A stretch of DNA of 64,000 nucleotides from Eledone cirrhosa (lineage: Eukaryota). Of the stretch, positions 13,045 to 28,250 are shown piece after piece. Numbering within the stretch: position 1 is the stretch's first letter; every line of letters starts with the position of its first letter. The DNA is taken from NCBI GenBank assembly GCA_964016885.1, contig OZ024741.1, positions 273,978,001 to 274,042,000 on the forward strand, in the 5' to 3' direction. Under the pieces are notes generated by a model. The model ran no database searches. It was not told the origin of the DNA and saw only the letters and a program-made list of their open reading frames with translations. Both the position numbers and the translations under genes were made by a program.

Positions 13045-13547
13045 AGATAAGCAGAACAAGTAAAATTCAACCAATTTTTCAAAATAAATCAAAATTAATA
13101 TACAATTAAAATTAATAAAAATTAAAAAATATTATATAAATATTTACCTATTCAAATGGCCCTAACTGTACAGTTTCACGGTGCAAAACATTAAATATCA
13201 CGAGGATATTAATGGAAAAGCAACGATAGGACAGGAAAATGCTTCTCTGATGATCGTTGCTTTTCCATTAATATCCTCGTGATATTTAATGTTTTGCACC
13301 GTGAAACTGTACAGTTAGGGCCATTTGAATAGGTAAATATTTATATTATATTTTTTAATTTTGATTAATTTTAATTGTATATTAATTTTGATTTATTTTG
13401 AAAAATTGGTTGAATTTTACTTGTTCTGCTTATCTTGATATTAAGTTCTGGTATATCAAATTATTACCATAGAACCACCTTAAATCATAGACACACTATA
13501 TATTTCCGGCGGTACATCGTACCCTCAGATATATATTAACCTTGTTA
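13040..13547 (+). mobile_element. PLE-type foldback element (~187-bp inverted arms) with hammerhead at 13243-13320
   Basis: 13040-13227 is the inverse of 13253-13441; UUCU-CUGAUGA-long stem II-GAAA-CUGUACAG-UU-AGGG. Confidence 0.8.
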
Positions 13548-13565
13548 TATATATATATATATATC

Positions 13566-14107
13566 TGGCAATAGAAGAGGTAAATATTTAAATCGTATTT
13601 TAATTTATTTAAAAGATTGTTTAATGTTTACTTGTTCCGCTCATATTTACAGTTCTAGTATCTCAAATTAGTACCATAGAACAACCACTATTATAGACAC
13701 CATATATATTTCCGTGGGTACTTAATACCTACTGGAATATCTATATCATTTATCTGTATTCTCCTTAATGTAGAGAAAAAAATGTTGTATCATGCTGCTA
13801 TTTCTAGTAACATGAAATATCACCGAGTCTATTATTCCCGCTTTTTCTAACGGCCCATTTGTGTGGGGGTCATTTTAACGGCTTGATTCATTCACCGGGC
13901 AGAAAGCGATACATCTACTTACTTGGATTTATATCTAGTAGGTTTGGAAAAGCTATCTGAAGAGCTGTATCTTTCCATTGGAAATTCTCTGAATTTCCAA
14001 TCTTTTGATAAGCGAATCCGTCGGTCATGGCAATAGAAGAGGTAAATATTTAAATCGTATTTTAATTTATTTAAAAGATTGTTTGATGTTTACTTGTTCC
14101 GCTCATA
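13566..14107 (+). mobile_element. Retrozyme-like element: 462-bp unit plus 80-bp direct terminal repeat; hammerhead at 13953-14030
   Basis: 13566-13646 matches 14028-14107; CUAU-CUGAAGA-GCU...AGC-GAAU-CCGUCGG-UC-AUGG. Confidence 0.75.
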
Positions 14108-14465
14108 TATATATATATAAATTTTAGTACAGCATTGACGAAGCTTTAGAATACGACCAAGCTAGCGTATATGCATAATCGGTCTGTAGCTTGAGCACTC
14201 AGATGAGGAAAGACCCCAGAGTAATAACATTACGTTCAGACAGCTTATATATATGTACATATTGTTTGTATATATATAACTCGTATGACCGGTAAACATA
14301 TCAATGGATATTTACATCTCGTATGGATTTTTGTTTGAAGAGAACACGTAGGGTAGATTTTATACAACTGCCATACGTGTTTGAAATACGTATAACAAAA
14401 TAAATAGGGATGGACAAATGAAACCGTCTTTCTTGTTTATTATACACACATACACGCGCGCGCAT

Positions 14466-14512
<47 letters not shown>

Positions 14513-14709
14513 TATATATATATATATATATATTTGACACCTACAGCCAGCAGCGTCATGAATCGAAAAGTGTATAACTTCCAACGTTGAACGTTTAGAA
14601 ATGGTGAAATCATAATCCGAAACGGATCAATAGCTACATTGTGTTCAAAGAATTGCCTATCATTTCGCGAAGTGTATATTCAGGATGGGACACGGAGGAA
14701 ACCGTTTGA

Positions 14710-16380
14710 CTCCAGTGCATTACTGGTACTTTATGTCATCGAACCTGGAAGAATAAAGGGTAAAGCTAACCTGGGCGGGATTTGAACTCTGAACTCTGAA
14801 CTCCAAGGGACGTAACTCTACGCCGCAAAGTATGTTGTCTGACGCTCTACCGATTACTGCTAACCTACCGCCCTATAATAAACGAAATAATTGTTTCTAC
14901 TTTTGGCACAAGGCGGCCAGCAATTACCGCAGTGCATTACTGGTTCTTTATTTTATCGACCCCGCCACCACCACTATTACAACCACCACCACCACCACCA
15001 CCACCATCACCACCACCACCACTACAGTAAGGATAAAAGGCAAAGCTAACTTCGGCGGGATTTGAACACAGAACGTAAAGGGCCATAACTCTATGCTGCA
15101 AAGCATGGTGTCTGACGCTCTACCGATCCTGCCAATAATAGAAGACGAGGCTGTTTTTTATTAATATATTTATGAATTATTCCAATGATCTCTGAAAATA
15201 TATAATTGGTAAAAAACTCACAGGAAAGCTGGAGAGCAGAAGGTCCCCAGGGAAGAACGCCCCTCAAACGAGTGTTTCGGTCCTTAATAATGTATAAAGG
15301 GCAAGCAAATATATGGGGTACCCTGACTCGACCTAAGTAGTGGGTAATCCGAAATAATTTTTTTATGTTTTATTAATTATTACGTGTGTTAATTATTATT
15401 TTAAGGGAGGTGAATTAGCATAATTGGTAGAGCATCAGATAAAATGACATTGTGTTATTTGTTCTGGGGCGGTGGATTGGCAGTATCGGTAGAGGGTCGG
15501 ACACCATGCTTTGACGCATAGAGGTACGGCCCTTGCCATTCTGAGTTCAAAACCCCCCGCGGTTAACTTTGCCTTTCATCCTTACGGGGTCGATAAAATA
15601 AAGTACCAGTAATGCACTGGTTACTTGCTGACCTTGTGCCAAAGGTAGAAACAGTTATTTCTTCTGGATCTTTACATTCTGAGTTCGAATCCCACCGCGG
15701 TCAACTTTGTCAATCACCCCCCCCCCCCCCGGGTCGATAGAATATAATACCAATCAAGTACTGAAATTGATTTAATCAACTGTTTCCTTCTCCCAAATTT
15801 AGTGGCCTTGTGCCTCAATTAGAAGTCATTTACTGTGTGTTTTATGCTATATATTGTGTTAAGGGCAGTGGTTTGACAGAATCAGTAGAGCGTCGGACAT
15901 GATTGGCGGCATATAGTTACGGCTCTTTATTTGCGCTGTTCCCAAAAGGCAAGTTTTCCAGAGTAATGCAATAGAGCACCCAATTTCTATTTCTTTTATC
16001 CATGCGGCATAGAGTAACGCCCCTTCACGTCCTGAGTTCAAATCCCGGTGAATTTAGCTTTGCCTTTCATCCTTACAGCATCGATAAAATAAAGTACCAG
16101 TAACGCACTGGTGTCGAACTAATTGACTTTTCCCCCTCCAAAAATTGTGCCTAAATCAGAACCCATTACTGGTGGTGGATTGGCAGTATCGGCAGAGCGT
16201 GGGACACGAAACTTCATGGCATAGAGTTACGTCTCTTTACGTTCTGAGTACAAATACCACCGAGGTTAGCTTCATTACGGGGTAGATAAAATAAAGTACC
16301 AGTAATGTATTGGAGTCGATTTAATTGACTTCACTCCCTTCAAATTGGTGGCCTCCTTTTACAAAAAGTGGAAACAATCA
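14710..16380. mobile_element. Cluster of at least 6 tRNA-derived SINE copies (minus 14710-14872 and 14888-15135; plus 15467-15658, 15861-16165, 16171-16380 and fragments)
   Basis: Family matches; one copy interrupted by (ACC)n at 14964-15027. Confidence 0.85.
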
Positions 16381-16399
16381 TTTGCATTGAGGCAATGAA

Positions 16400-17571
16400 G
16401 GTAATGGTGGCGGCGGTGGTGGATTATGGTAGTGAAACTGGTGATAGTGATGATGATGATAATGCTGATAGCGGCGAGGTGGTGGTGGTGATTGTGATGG
16501 TGTTGGTAGTGCTAGTGGTGGTGGTGGGGTGGTGATGTTGATGATGATGATGATAATGCTGATGGTGGTGATGGTGTTGGTAGTGGTAGTGGTGGTGATG
16601 ATGGTGGTGATGTTGATGATGATGATGATAATGCTGATGGCGGTGGTGGTGGTGGTGGTGGTGGTGATGGCGTTGGTAGTGGTAGTGCTAGTGGTGGTGA
16701 TGGTGGTGGTGGTGTTGGTGGTGGTGGTGGCGGTGGAGGTGATGTTGCTGGTGGTGCTGTTGTTGATGGTAGTGATGGCAGCGGTGGTGAGGGTGGTGGT
16801 GTTGGTGGTGGTCGTGGTGGCGGCGGCGATGTTGTTGGTGATGCTGTCGGTGGTGGTGATGGCGGCGGTGGTGAGAGTGGTGGTGGCGGTCGTGTTGGTA
16901 GTAGTGGTGTGGTGGAGGCGGTGTTGTTGGTGGTGGTGTTGTTGATGGTAGTGATGGCAGCAGTGGTGAGGGTGGTGGTGTTGGTGGTGGTCGTGGTGGC
17001 GGCGGCGGCGATGTTGTTGGTGGTGTTGTTGGTGGTGGTGATGACGGCGGTGGTGAGAGTGGTGGTGGCGGTCGTGTTGGTAGTAGTTGTGGTGGTGGAG
17101 GCGGTGTTGTTGATGGCAGTGATGGCGGCGGTGGTGAGGGTGGTGGTGTTGGTGGTGTTAGTGGTGCTGGTGGTGGCGGCGGTGTTGTTGTTGGTGGTGT
17201 TGTTGTTGGTGGTGATAGCGGACGTGGTGGTGGTTTTGGTGGTGGTGGTGGTGTTGGTGGCGGCGGCGGTGGTGGTGGTGGTGGTGGTGGCGGTGTTGTT
17301 GTTGGTGGTGATGGCGGCGGTGGTGTTGGTGGTGGTGGTGTTGGTGGTGGTGGTGGTGGTGGTGGTGGTGGTGGTGGTGGTGGTGGTGGCGGCGGCGGTT
17401 GTGGTGGTGGTGGCGGTGTTGTTGTTGGTAGTGTTGTTATTGGTGGTGATGGTGGCGGTGGTGGTGGTGGTGGTGTTGGTGGTGGTGTTGGTGGTGGTGT
17501 TGGTGGTGGTGGTGGTGGTGGTGGTGGTGGTGTTGGTGGTGGTGGTGGTGGTGGTGGTGGTGGTGGTGTTG

Positions 17572-17603
<32 letters not shown>

Positions 17604-20600
17604 GGTGGTGGTGGTGGTGGTGGATGAGGTGGTGGTGGTGGTGGTGGTGGATGAGGTGGTGGTGGTGGTGGTGTTGTTGATGGTAGTGGTGGTGTTGGTG
17701 GTGGTGGTGGTGTTGTTGATGGTAGTGTTGGTGGTAGTGATGGTAGTGTTGGTGGTAGTGGTGGTGTTGGTGGTGTTGGTGGTGGTGGTGGTGTTGTTGA
17801 TGGTTGTGTTGGTGGTAATGATGGTGTTGGTGGTGGTGTTGTTGATGGTAGTGTTGGTGGTAGTGGTGGTGTTGGTGGTGTTGGTGGTGTTGTTGATGGT
17901 AGTGTTGGTGGTAGTGGTGGTGTTGGTGGTGGTGGTGGTGTTGTTGATGGTAGTGTTGGTGGTAGTGGTGGTGTTGGTGGTGGTGGTGGTGTTGTTGATG
18001 GTAGTGTTGGTGGTAGTGATGGTGTTGGTGATGGTGTTGTTGATGGTAGTGTTGGTGGTAGTGATGGTGTTGGTGGTGGTGTTGTTGATGGTAGTGTTGG
18101 TGGTAGTGTTGGTGATGGTGGTGGTGTTGTTGATGGTAGTGTTGGTGGTAGTGATGGTGTTGATGATGGTGGTGGTGTTGTTGATGGTAGTGTTGGTGGT
18201 AGTTATGGTGTTGGTGATGGTGGTGGTGTTGTTGATGGTAGTGTTGGTGGTAGTGATGGTGTTGGTGATGGTGGTGGTGTTGTTGATGGTAGTGTTGGTG
18301 GTAGTGTTGGTGATGGTGATGGTGGTGGTGTTGTTGATGGTAGTGTTGGTGGTAGTGTTGGTGATGGTGATGGTGGTGGTGTTGTTGATGGTAGTGTTGG
18401 TGGTAGTGTTGGTGATGGTGATGGTGGTGGTGTTGTTGATGGTAGTGTTGGTGGTAGTGTTGGTGATGGTGATGGTGGTGGTGTTGTTGATGGTAGTGTT
18501 GGTGGTAGTGTTGGTGATGGTGATGGTGGTGGTGTTGTTGATGGTAGTGTTGGTGGTAGTGTTGGTGATGGTGATGGTGGTGGTGTTGTTGATGGTAATG
18601 TTGGTGGTAGTGATGGTGTTGGTGATGGTGATGGTGTTGTTGATGGTAGTGTTGGTGGTAGTGTTGGTGGTAGTGTTGGTGGTAGTGTTGGTGGTAGTGT
18701 TGGTGTTGGTGTTGTTGATGGTAGTGTTGGTGGTAGTGATGGTGATGGTGTTGGTGTTGGTGTTGTTGATGGTAGTGTTGGTGGTAGTGATGGTGTTGGT
18801 GATGGTGATGGTGTTGTTGATGGTAGTGTTGGTGGTAGTGTTGGTGATGGTGGTGGTGGTGGTGTTGTTGATGGTAGTGTTGGTGGTAGTGTTGGTGATG
18901 GTGGTGGTGTTGTTGATGGTAGTGTTGGTGGTAGTGTTGGTGATGGTGATGGTGATGGTGTTGTTGATGGTAGTGTTGGTGGTAGTGATGGTGTTGGTGA
19001 TGGTGGTGGTGTTGTTGATGGTAGTGTTGGTGGTAGTGATGGTGATGGTGATGGTGGTGGTGTTGTTGATGGTAATGTTGGTGGTAGTGATGGTGTTGGT
19101 GATGGTGATGGTGTTGTTGATGGTAGTGTTGGTGGTAGTGATGGTGTTGGTGATGGTGATGGTGTTGTTGATGGTAGTGTTGGTGGTAGTGATGGTGATG
19201 GTGATGGTGGTGGTGTTGTTGATGGTAGTGTTGGTGGTGGTGATGGTGATGGTGGTGGTGTTGTTGATGGTAATGTTGGTGGTAGTGATGGTGTTGGTGA
19301 TGGTGATGGTGTTGTTGATGGTAGTGTTGGTGGTAGTGTTGGTGATGGTGGTGGTGGTGGTGTTGTTGATGGTAGTGTTGGTGGTAGTGTTGGTGATGGT
19401 GGTGGTGTTGTTGATGGTAGTGTTGGTGGTAGTGATGGTGTTGGTGATGGTGATGGTGTTGTTGATGGTAGTGTTGGTGGTAGTGATGGTGTTGGTTGAT
19501 GGGTGGTGGTGTTGGATGGTGTGTTGGTGGTAGTGATGGTGTTGGTGATGGTGGTGGTGTTGTTGATGGTAGTGTTGGTGGTAGTTATGGTGTTGGTGAT
19601 GGTGTTGGTGTTGTTGATGGTAGTGTTGGTGGTAGTGATGGTGTTGGTGGTGGTGGTGGTGTTGTTGATGGTAGTGTTGGTGGTAGTGATGGTGATGGTG
19701 GTGGTGGTGGTGTTGTTGATGGTAGTGTTGGTGGTAGTGTTGGTGATGGTGGTGGTGTTGTTGATGGTAGTGTTGGTGGTAGTGATGGTGTTGGTGATGG
19801 TGCTGTTGATGGTAGTGTTGGTGGTAGTGATGGTGTTGGTGTTGTTGATGGTAGTGTTGGTGGTAGTGATGGTGTTGCTGATGGTGGTGGTGTTGTTGAT
19901 GGTAGTGTTGGTGGTAGTGATGGTGATGGTGGTGGTGGTGGTGTTGTTGATGGTAGTGTTGGTGGTAGTGATGGTGTTGGTGATGGTGGTGGTGTTGTTG
20001 ATGGTAGTGTTGGTGGTAGTGATGGTGTTGGTGATGGTGGTGGTGTTGTTGATGGTAGTGTTGGTGGTAGTGTTGGTGATGGTGATGGTGGTGGTGTTGT
20101 TGATGGTAGTGTTGGTGGTAGTGATGGTGTTGGTGATGGTGGTGGTGTTGTTGATGGTAATGTTGGTGGTAGTGTTGGTGATGGTGATGGTGGTGGTGTT
20201 GTTGATGGTAGTGTTGGTGGTAGTGATGGTGTTGGTGATGGTGGTGGTGTTGTTGATGGTAATGTTGGTGGTAGTGATGGTGTTGGTGATGGTGGTGGTG
20301 TTGTTGATGGTAGTGTTGGTGGTAGTGATGGTGATGGTGGTGGTGTTGTTGATGGTAGTGTTGGTGGTAGTGTTGGTGATGGTGATGGCGGTGGTGTTGT
20401 TGATGGTAGTGTTGGTGGTAGTGATGGTGTTGGTGATGATGTTGTTGATGGTAGTGTTGGTGGTAGTGTTGGTGATGGTGATGGTGGTGGTGTTGTTGAT
20501 GGTAATGTTGGTGGTAGTGATGGTGATGGTGATGGTGGTGGTGTTGTTGATGGTAGTGTTGGTGGTAGTGTTGGTGATGGTGATGGTGGTGGTGTTGTTG

Positions 20601-21820
20601 ATGGTAGTGTTGGTGGTAGTGATGTTGTTGTTGATGGTAGTGTTGGTGGTAGTGATGATGTTGGTGATGCTGGTGGTGTTGTTGATGGTAGTCTTGGTGG
20701 TAGTGATGGTGTTGATGATGGTGGTGGTGTTGTTGATGGTAGTGTTGGTGGTAGTGATGGTGTTGGTGATGGTGGTGGTGTTGTTGATGGTAGTGTTGGT
20801 GGTAGTGTTGGTGGTGGTGTTGTTGATGGTAGTGTTGGTGGTAGTGATGGTGTTGGTGATGATGTTGTTGATGGTAGTGTTGGTGGTAGTGTTGGTGATG
20901 GTGATGGTGGTGGTGTTGTTGATGGTAATGTTGGTGGTAGTGATGGTGTTGGTGATGGTGGTGGTGTTGTTGATGGTAGTGTTGGTGGTAGTGTTGGTGA
21001 TGGTGATGGTGGTGGTGTTGTTGATGGTAGTGTTGGTGGTAGTGATGGTGTTGGTGTTGGTGGTGGTGTTGTTGGTGGTAGTGTTGGTGGTAGTGATGGT
21101 GATGTTGATGTTGTTGTTGATGGTAGTGTTGGTGGTAGTGATGGTGTTGGTGATGGTAGTGTTGGTGGTAGTGATGGTGATGGTGGTGGTGTTGTTGATG
21201 GTAGTTTTGGTGGTAGTGTTGGTGATGGTGGTGGTGTTGTTGATGGTAGTGTTGGTGGTAGTGATGGTGTTGATGATGGTGGTGGTGTTGTTGATGGTAG
21301 TGTTGGTGGTAGTGATGGTGTTGATGATGGTGGTGGTGTTGTTGATGGTAGTGTTGGTGGTAGTTATGGTGTTGGTGATGGTGGTGGTGTTGTTGATGGT
21401 AGTGTTGGTGGTAGTGATGGTGTTGGTGATGGTGGTGGTGTTGTTGATGGTAGTGTTGGTGGTAGTGTTGGTGATGGTGATGGTGGTGGTGTTGTTGATG
21501 GTAGTGTTGGTGGTAGTGATGGTGATGGTGATGGTGAAGATGTAGTTGATGGTAGTGTTGGTGGTAGTGATGGTGGTGATGATGTTGTTGTTGGTAGTGT
21601 TGGTGGTAGTGGTGGTGTTGGTGATGGTGGTGGTGTTGGTTATGGTAGTGTTGGTGGTAGTGGTGGTGTTGGTGATGCTGGTGGTGTTGGTTATGGTACT
21701 GGTAGTTTAGTTGTTGTTGTTGCTGGTAGTGGTGGTGGTGGTGGTAGTGGTGGTGATGGTGGTGGTTATAGTACTGGTGGTTTAGCTGTTGTTGTTGGTT
21801 GTGGTGGTGGCGGTGGTGGT
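16400..21820. repeat. 5.4-kb compound (GGT/GAT/GTT/GTA) trinucleotide satellite with ~40-bp higher-order unit
   Basis: Unit like GTGTTGTTGATGGTAGTGTTGGTGGTAGTGATGGTGTTGGTGATGGTG. Confidence 0.95.
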
Positions 21821-22175
21821 GAGAGGAAGACATGCAAACGCTGATAGCATACAGTCACGTGACCAATGTAGTAGTCAGACATTTGATAACGTCTGTCGCC
21901 ATACTCCGCCTACCTCTCTCACCACTCTGATATCCATCTGTATGAAGTATATCAGTAAATAATTATTAATACAATGATATCATTAATGGCGAAAGATGCC
22001 CAGTGGGAAATGGTGAATGAGATAATTTTCAGACATATATAACAAATACACACAAACACAAACACGTACATAGACACACACGTACACACACAAGCACACA
22101 TATATACACATATATATATATATATATACATAGATACATAGATACATATATATATATATATATATATATACATAG

Positions 22176-22220
<45 letters not shown>

Positions 22221-22309
22221 AACATATATACGTACATATATATATGTATATATATATAAATATATATAGATACATATATGTATATATATAAATATATATA
22301 GATACGTAC

Positions 22310-22365
<56 letters not shown>

Positions 22366-22378
22366 ATATATATATATA

Positions 22379-22416
<38 letters not shown>

Positions 22417-22456
22417 TATATATATATGTATATATATATATGTATATATATATATG

Positions 22457-22586
<130 letters not shown>

Positions 22587-22781
22587 GAGTTTAGCAGTTA
22601 ATTTAAACATCAGCTTCCATGTGAAGGTGGACATCAGAAAAGTATTGATCTGCAGGCATTAAATATTCTGATCATTGTTAAATATTTTGGTTGATACATA
22701 TAGGTATAGTCTACGTAATGTTTAACTTGCTCCACCTTGATGATCAAGGTGGAACTAAACTAGGATCACTTACACTGCCAG

Positions 22782-24020
22782 TACCATCAACACCACCATT
22801 ACCACCAACACTACCACAACCAACACCACCAACACCACCAACACCACCAACACCACCAACACCACCACCACTACCACCAACACTACCACAACCAACACCA
22901 CCAACACCACCAACACCACCAACACCACCAACACCACCACCACTACCACCAACACTACCACAACCAACACCACCAACACCACCAACACCACCAACACCAC
23001 CAACACCACCAACACCACCACCACTACCACCAACACTACCACAACCAACACCACCAACACCACCAGCACCACCAACACCACCAACACCACCAACACTACC
23101 ACAACCAACACCACCAACACCACCAACACCACCACCACTACTACCAACACCACCACCACTACTACCATCACCAACACCACTAACATGAACAATACTAACA
23201 ATACAACCAACACCACCAACACTACCACAACCAACACCACCGACACTACCACAACCAACACCACCGACACCACACCACTACTACCAACACCACCACTACT
23301 ACCATAACCAACACCACTAACATGAACAATACTAACAATACAACCAACACCACCAACACTACCACAACCAACACCACCAACACCACACCACTACTACCAA
23401 CACCACCACCACTACTACCATCACCAACACCACTAACATGAACAATACTAACAATACAACCAACACCACCAACACTACCACAACCAACACCACCAACACC
23501 ACACCACTACTACCAACACCACCACCACTACTACCATCACCAACACCACTAACATGAACAATACTAACAATACAACCAACACCACCAACACTACCACAAC
23601 CAACACCACCACCACTACTACCATCACCAACACCACTAACATGAACAATACTAACAATACAACCAACACCACCAACACTACCACAACCAACACCACCAAC
23701 ACCACACCACTACTACCAACACCACCACCACTACTACCATCACCAACACCACTAACATGAACAATACTAACAATACAACCAACACCACCAACACTTCCAC
23801 AACCAACACCACCACCACTACTACCATCACCAACACCACTAACATGAACAATACTAACAATACAACCAACACCACCAACACTACCACAACCAACACCACC
23901 ACCACTACTACCATCACCAACACCACCAATAGAACCAACACCACCAACACTACTACCATCACCAACACCACTAACACCACCAATACCACCAACACTACCC
24001 GAACCAATGCCACCATAACA
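22782..24020. repeat. Compound (ACC/AAC/ACT) satellite with ~105-118-bp higher-order unit
   Basis: Recurrent marker CTAACATGAACAATACTAACAATAC, 7 copies. Confidence 0.92.
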
Positions 24021-24429
24021 CCAGGACAGCAAACAACACCTCCAGCTTTCTCTACCATTTCTTGAAGGACAACTGTGTGTGGTATTAAACAGCCAGACTA
24101 ACAACAATAAACAATTTTCTTCCGGAATTCTTGGCCTCGGACCACATCCTTACTCACTGCTATCGGGGCGGAGCTGGCCGCCAGCATGTGCGATCCCTGC
24201 AAGGGGGAGTGGATGTGTCAGCGCCTCTCCCTCATAATCCCCTAGGGCAATGTATTCTCCACCCTGTTAGCCGAGACCCAGTGGCGGGGGACAAGTTAGT
24301 TGCTGGTGGAGGATACTCGTTAGGACGTCACTTCTACAAGTAAAGTATATTTACATATGAAGTATTTCATTAAATCTTTTTAACAAGATCTTCCAGTACA
24401 CAGGCCACGAAATGTTCTCAACTATTTAT

Positions 24430-24570
24430 GCGCAGGCATGGCGATGTCATTAAAAGAGCTCGCTTCGCAACCTCGGGATTTCAGGATCATTCCCGTCCCG
24501 CTGCCTGACACCTTGGGCAAGTGTCTTTCTTCTATTGTAGTTTCGAGTTGACGGATGCTGTATAATAGAA
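24430..24570 (+). mobile_element. Decayed second SINE family (tRNA head plus CORE-like CCTTGGGCAAGTG)
   Basis: GCGCAGGCATGGC...CACCTTGGGCAAGTGTCTTTC. Confidence 0.6.
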
Positions 24571-24760
24571 ATTAGGTCACATACATACTCACGGATCTCA
24601 AATAATCGTCACCCGCCCGCTTATTATTTTTTCAGATCCTCCCGCTTTGCTAATCTATCTCCGCTGGAATTTTATTTTAACTAGTAGCATTCCTGCGACA
24701 ATAAATTTTCTTTGGACGTTAAACAACATTATACATGATAAAAAAAGAACATTACAAGAA

Positions 24761-24799
<39 letters not shown>

Positions 24800-25151
24800 T
24801 ATATATATATATTTATATATGTGTGTGCGTGTGATGTGTATGTGTGTGAGTGTACATATATATTCTTCTTTAAAGAAACCACCACTATATATATATATAT
24901 ATATATATATATGCCCCAGCATGGCCTCAGCCGGATGGCTGGAACGGGTAAAAGAGTAAAAGATTATATATATATATATATAAATACAAATGGAAGTACA
25001 GCATATTCGAAGTTCGAGCCGCAGCTAAGCCGACGAATGCATTCAGCAGTGCAGCCAAGCACTCGACAAGGTATAAAACCTACAGTAATAACATACAGTT
25101 TAAAGGGCTTTGCAAATTGAAGATAGCGACCGCTATATATATATATCATTA

Positions 25152-25196
25152 TCTATAAAAAGCAGATTGTCGTTGTTGTTGTTGTTGTTGTTGTTG

Positions 25197-25272
<76 letters not shown>

Positions 25273-26701
25273 ATGTTCCATATTTATACATTTGCACAAT
25301 TTCAAACCGATTCGTCTCAAAGTCTGTAAGAATGTTGTAAATGGTCTAACTTACCTCAACAACTATTTATTTCATTCAAACTCACCCACAATTACGGAAA
25401 TAATCGATAAAACTAAATACATGACGCTTTAACCCTCTAATACAATCTGATTACCTCTCTCTATCCCTTTAAAATTCGATAAAACTACATACATGCTTAC
25501 AAACTTCCTTTAGGAACGCCGAAGAGAGAGAGAAGAGAGTGAGAGGGAGAGAGAGAGAACGTTTATTTTTGAGTGTGGAACGGTCAAACATTTAATTACT
25601 TCAATGACAAAGAGAACTTATTACATTTCATACGAAACAACAATTATTTAAAAGCAACAGATAAATTTATTCAACAACAAAAAAAATAGCGATAAATCTT
25701 TTTTAAAACCTCTCAACAAACGTAGAAGAAAGAAGTATCAGTTTATTTACTATACACAATAATATCCTCTATGAAGTCACCAAACCTGCTAGAACCGGCA
25801 GCTAACTCTCCCCCATATCACACCACTCCCTACTGTCTTAAATTTAGAAAATATATCCTCTATGAGGTCACTAAACCTGCTAGAAACAGCAGCTAACTCT
25901 CCCCCATATCACACCACTCCCTACTGTCTTAAATTTAGAAAATACATATCCTCTATGAGGTCACTAAACCTGCTAGAAACAGCAGCTAACTCTCCCCCAT
26001 ATCACACCCCTCCCTACTGTCTTAAATTTAGAAAACATATCCTCTATGAGGTCACTAAACCTGCTAGAAACAGCAGCTAACTCTCCCCCATATCACACCA
26101 TTCCCTACTGTCTTAAATTTAGAAAATACATATCCTCTATGAGGTCACTAAACCTGCTAGAAACAGCAGCTAACTCTCCCCCATATCACACCCCTCCCTA
26201 CTGTCTTAAATTTAGAAAACATATCCTCTATGAGGTCACTAAACCTGCTAGAAACAGCAGCTAACTCTCTCCCATATCACACCACTCCCTACTGTCTTAA
26301 ATTTAGAAAATACATATCCTCTATGAGGTCACTATACCTGCTAGAAACAACAGCTAACTCTCCCCCATATCACACCCCTCCCTACTGTCTTAAATTTAGA
26401 AAACACATTAGACAACCATGCAGAACAACTCCATCGCAGCTTTGGTGTTCGGCTGGCATCGTCTACGTGCGTGTTGCGCAAGTACTGTGAAACAATAAAT
26501 TTCAACACTTCTTTGCACAGAGATAATATCCATAGGTGAAACTACAATTGTCACTGCTGGCGCAGCTCCTGCTTCGGCAGTCCAGGTCTGCAATTCATTC
26601 ACCCAGTGCCTGGCAGACAAAAAAGTGCTGTCATAAAATGGGTGGTGCAACCTAACTTTGGTAACTTACTGACCCCGAGCAACGCCGGGCTTTAATGCTA
26701 G
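25152..26701 (+). mobile_element. Non-autonomous Helitron with internal minisatellite and captured fragment
   Basis: A|TC start; CCCGAGCAACGCCGGG hairpin plus CTAG|T end; no TSD. Confidence 0.75.
25762..26408. repeat. 91/93-bp tandem repeat, 7 copies (alternating dimer, 184-bp period)
   Basis: ATATCCTCTATGAGGTCACTAAACCTGCTAGAAACAGCAGCTAACTCTCCCCCATATCACACC.CTCCCTACTGTCTTAAATTTAGAAAA. Confidence 0.95.
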
Positions 26702-26714
26702 TATATATATATAT

Positions 26715-26769
<55 letters not shown>

Positions 26770-26878
26770 ATGTACATCAATACTCATCCTTTTCCATTTA
26801 TCTGAGGGTTCTAAACCCCATTATCAGTCTAAAATTTATTTAGTCAAAAAGATACGGTGAAAGCTATTCTATTTCTAA

Positions 26879-26936
<58 letters not shown>

Positions 26937-27158
26937 TTAGAAATAGAAGTAGTTTCAGATGTTAAAGTCTTCTATTGGTAATGCTGTGATACATATTTCA
27001 ATGACGACAGTGACCACACGATTCTGTGTACCCAGTGCCGTGACATCATCAGACAACTTCTTTTATAAGGTTACGTTCTCAAGACAATCCAAACAGAAAC
27101 AACGAGGGAACGGACAAGGCGTGTGTTCTTGGTTCGCCTGTCCGTTCTCTCTCTCTCT

Positions 27159-28250
<1,092 letters not shown>

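Noticed and set aside
15467-15560. tRNA genes
   Set aside because: A/B boxes belong to SINE heads that continue into the shared SINE body; no full cloverleaf
16512-21833. 1773-aa His/Gln/Thr-rich ORF and overlapping 680-874-aa ORFs
   Set aside because: Trinucleotide satellite that is open in several frames on both strands. The repeat register shifts mid-array near 19500 and there is no unique domain.
25762-26408. Repeated 72-aa ORFs or CRISPR-like array
   Set aside because: Plain minisatellite inside a Helitron, no spacers
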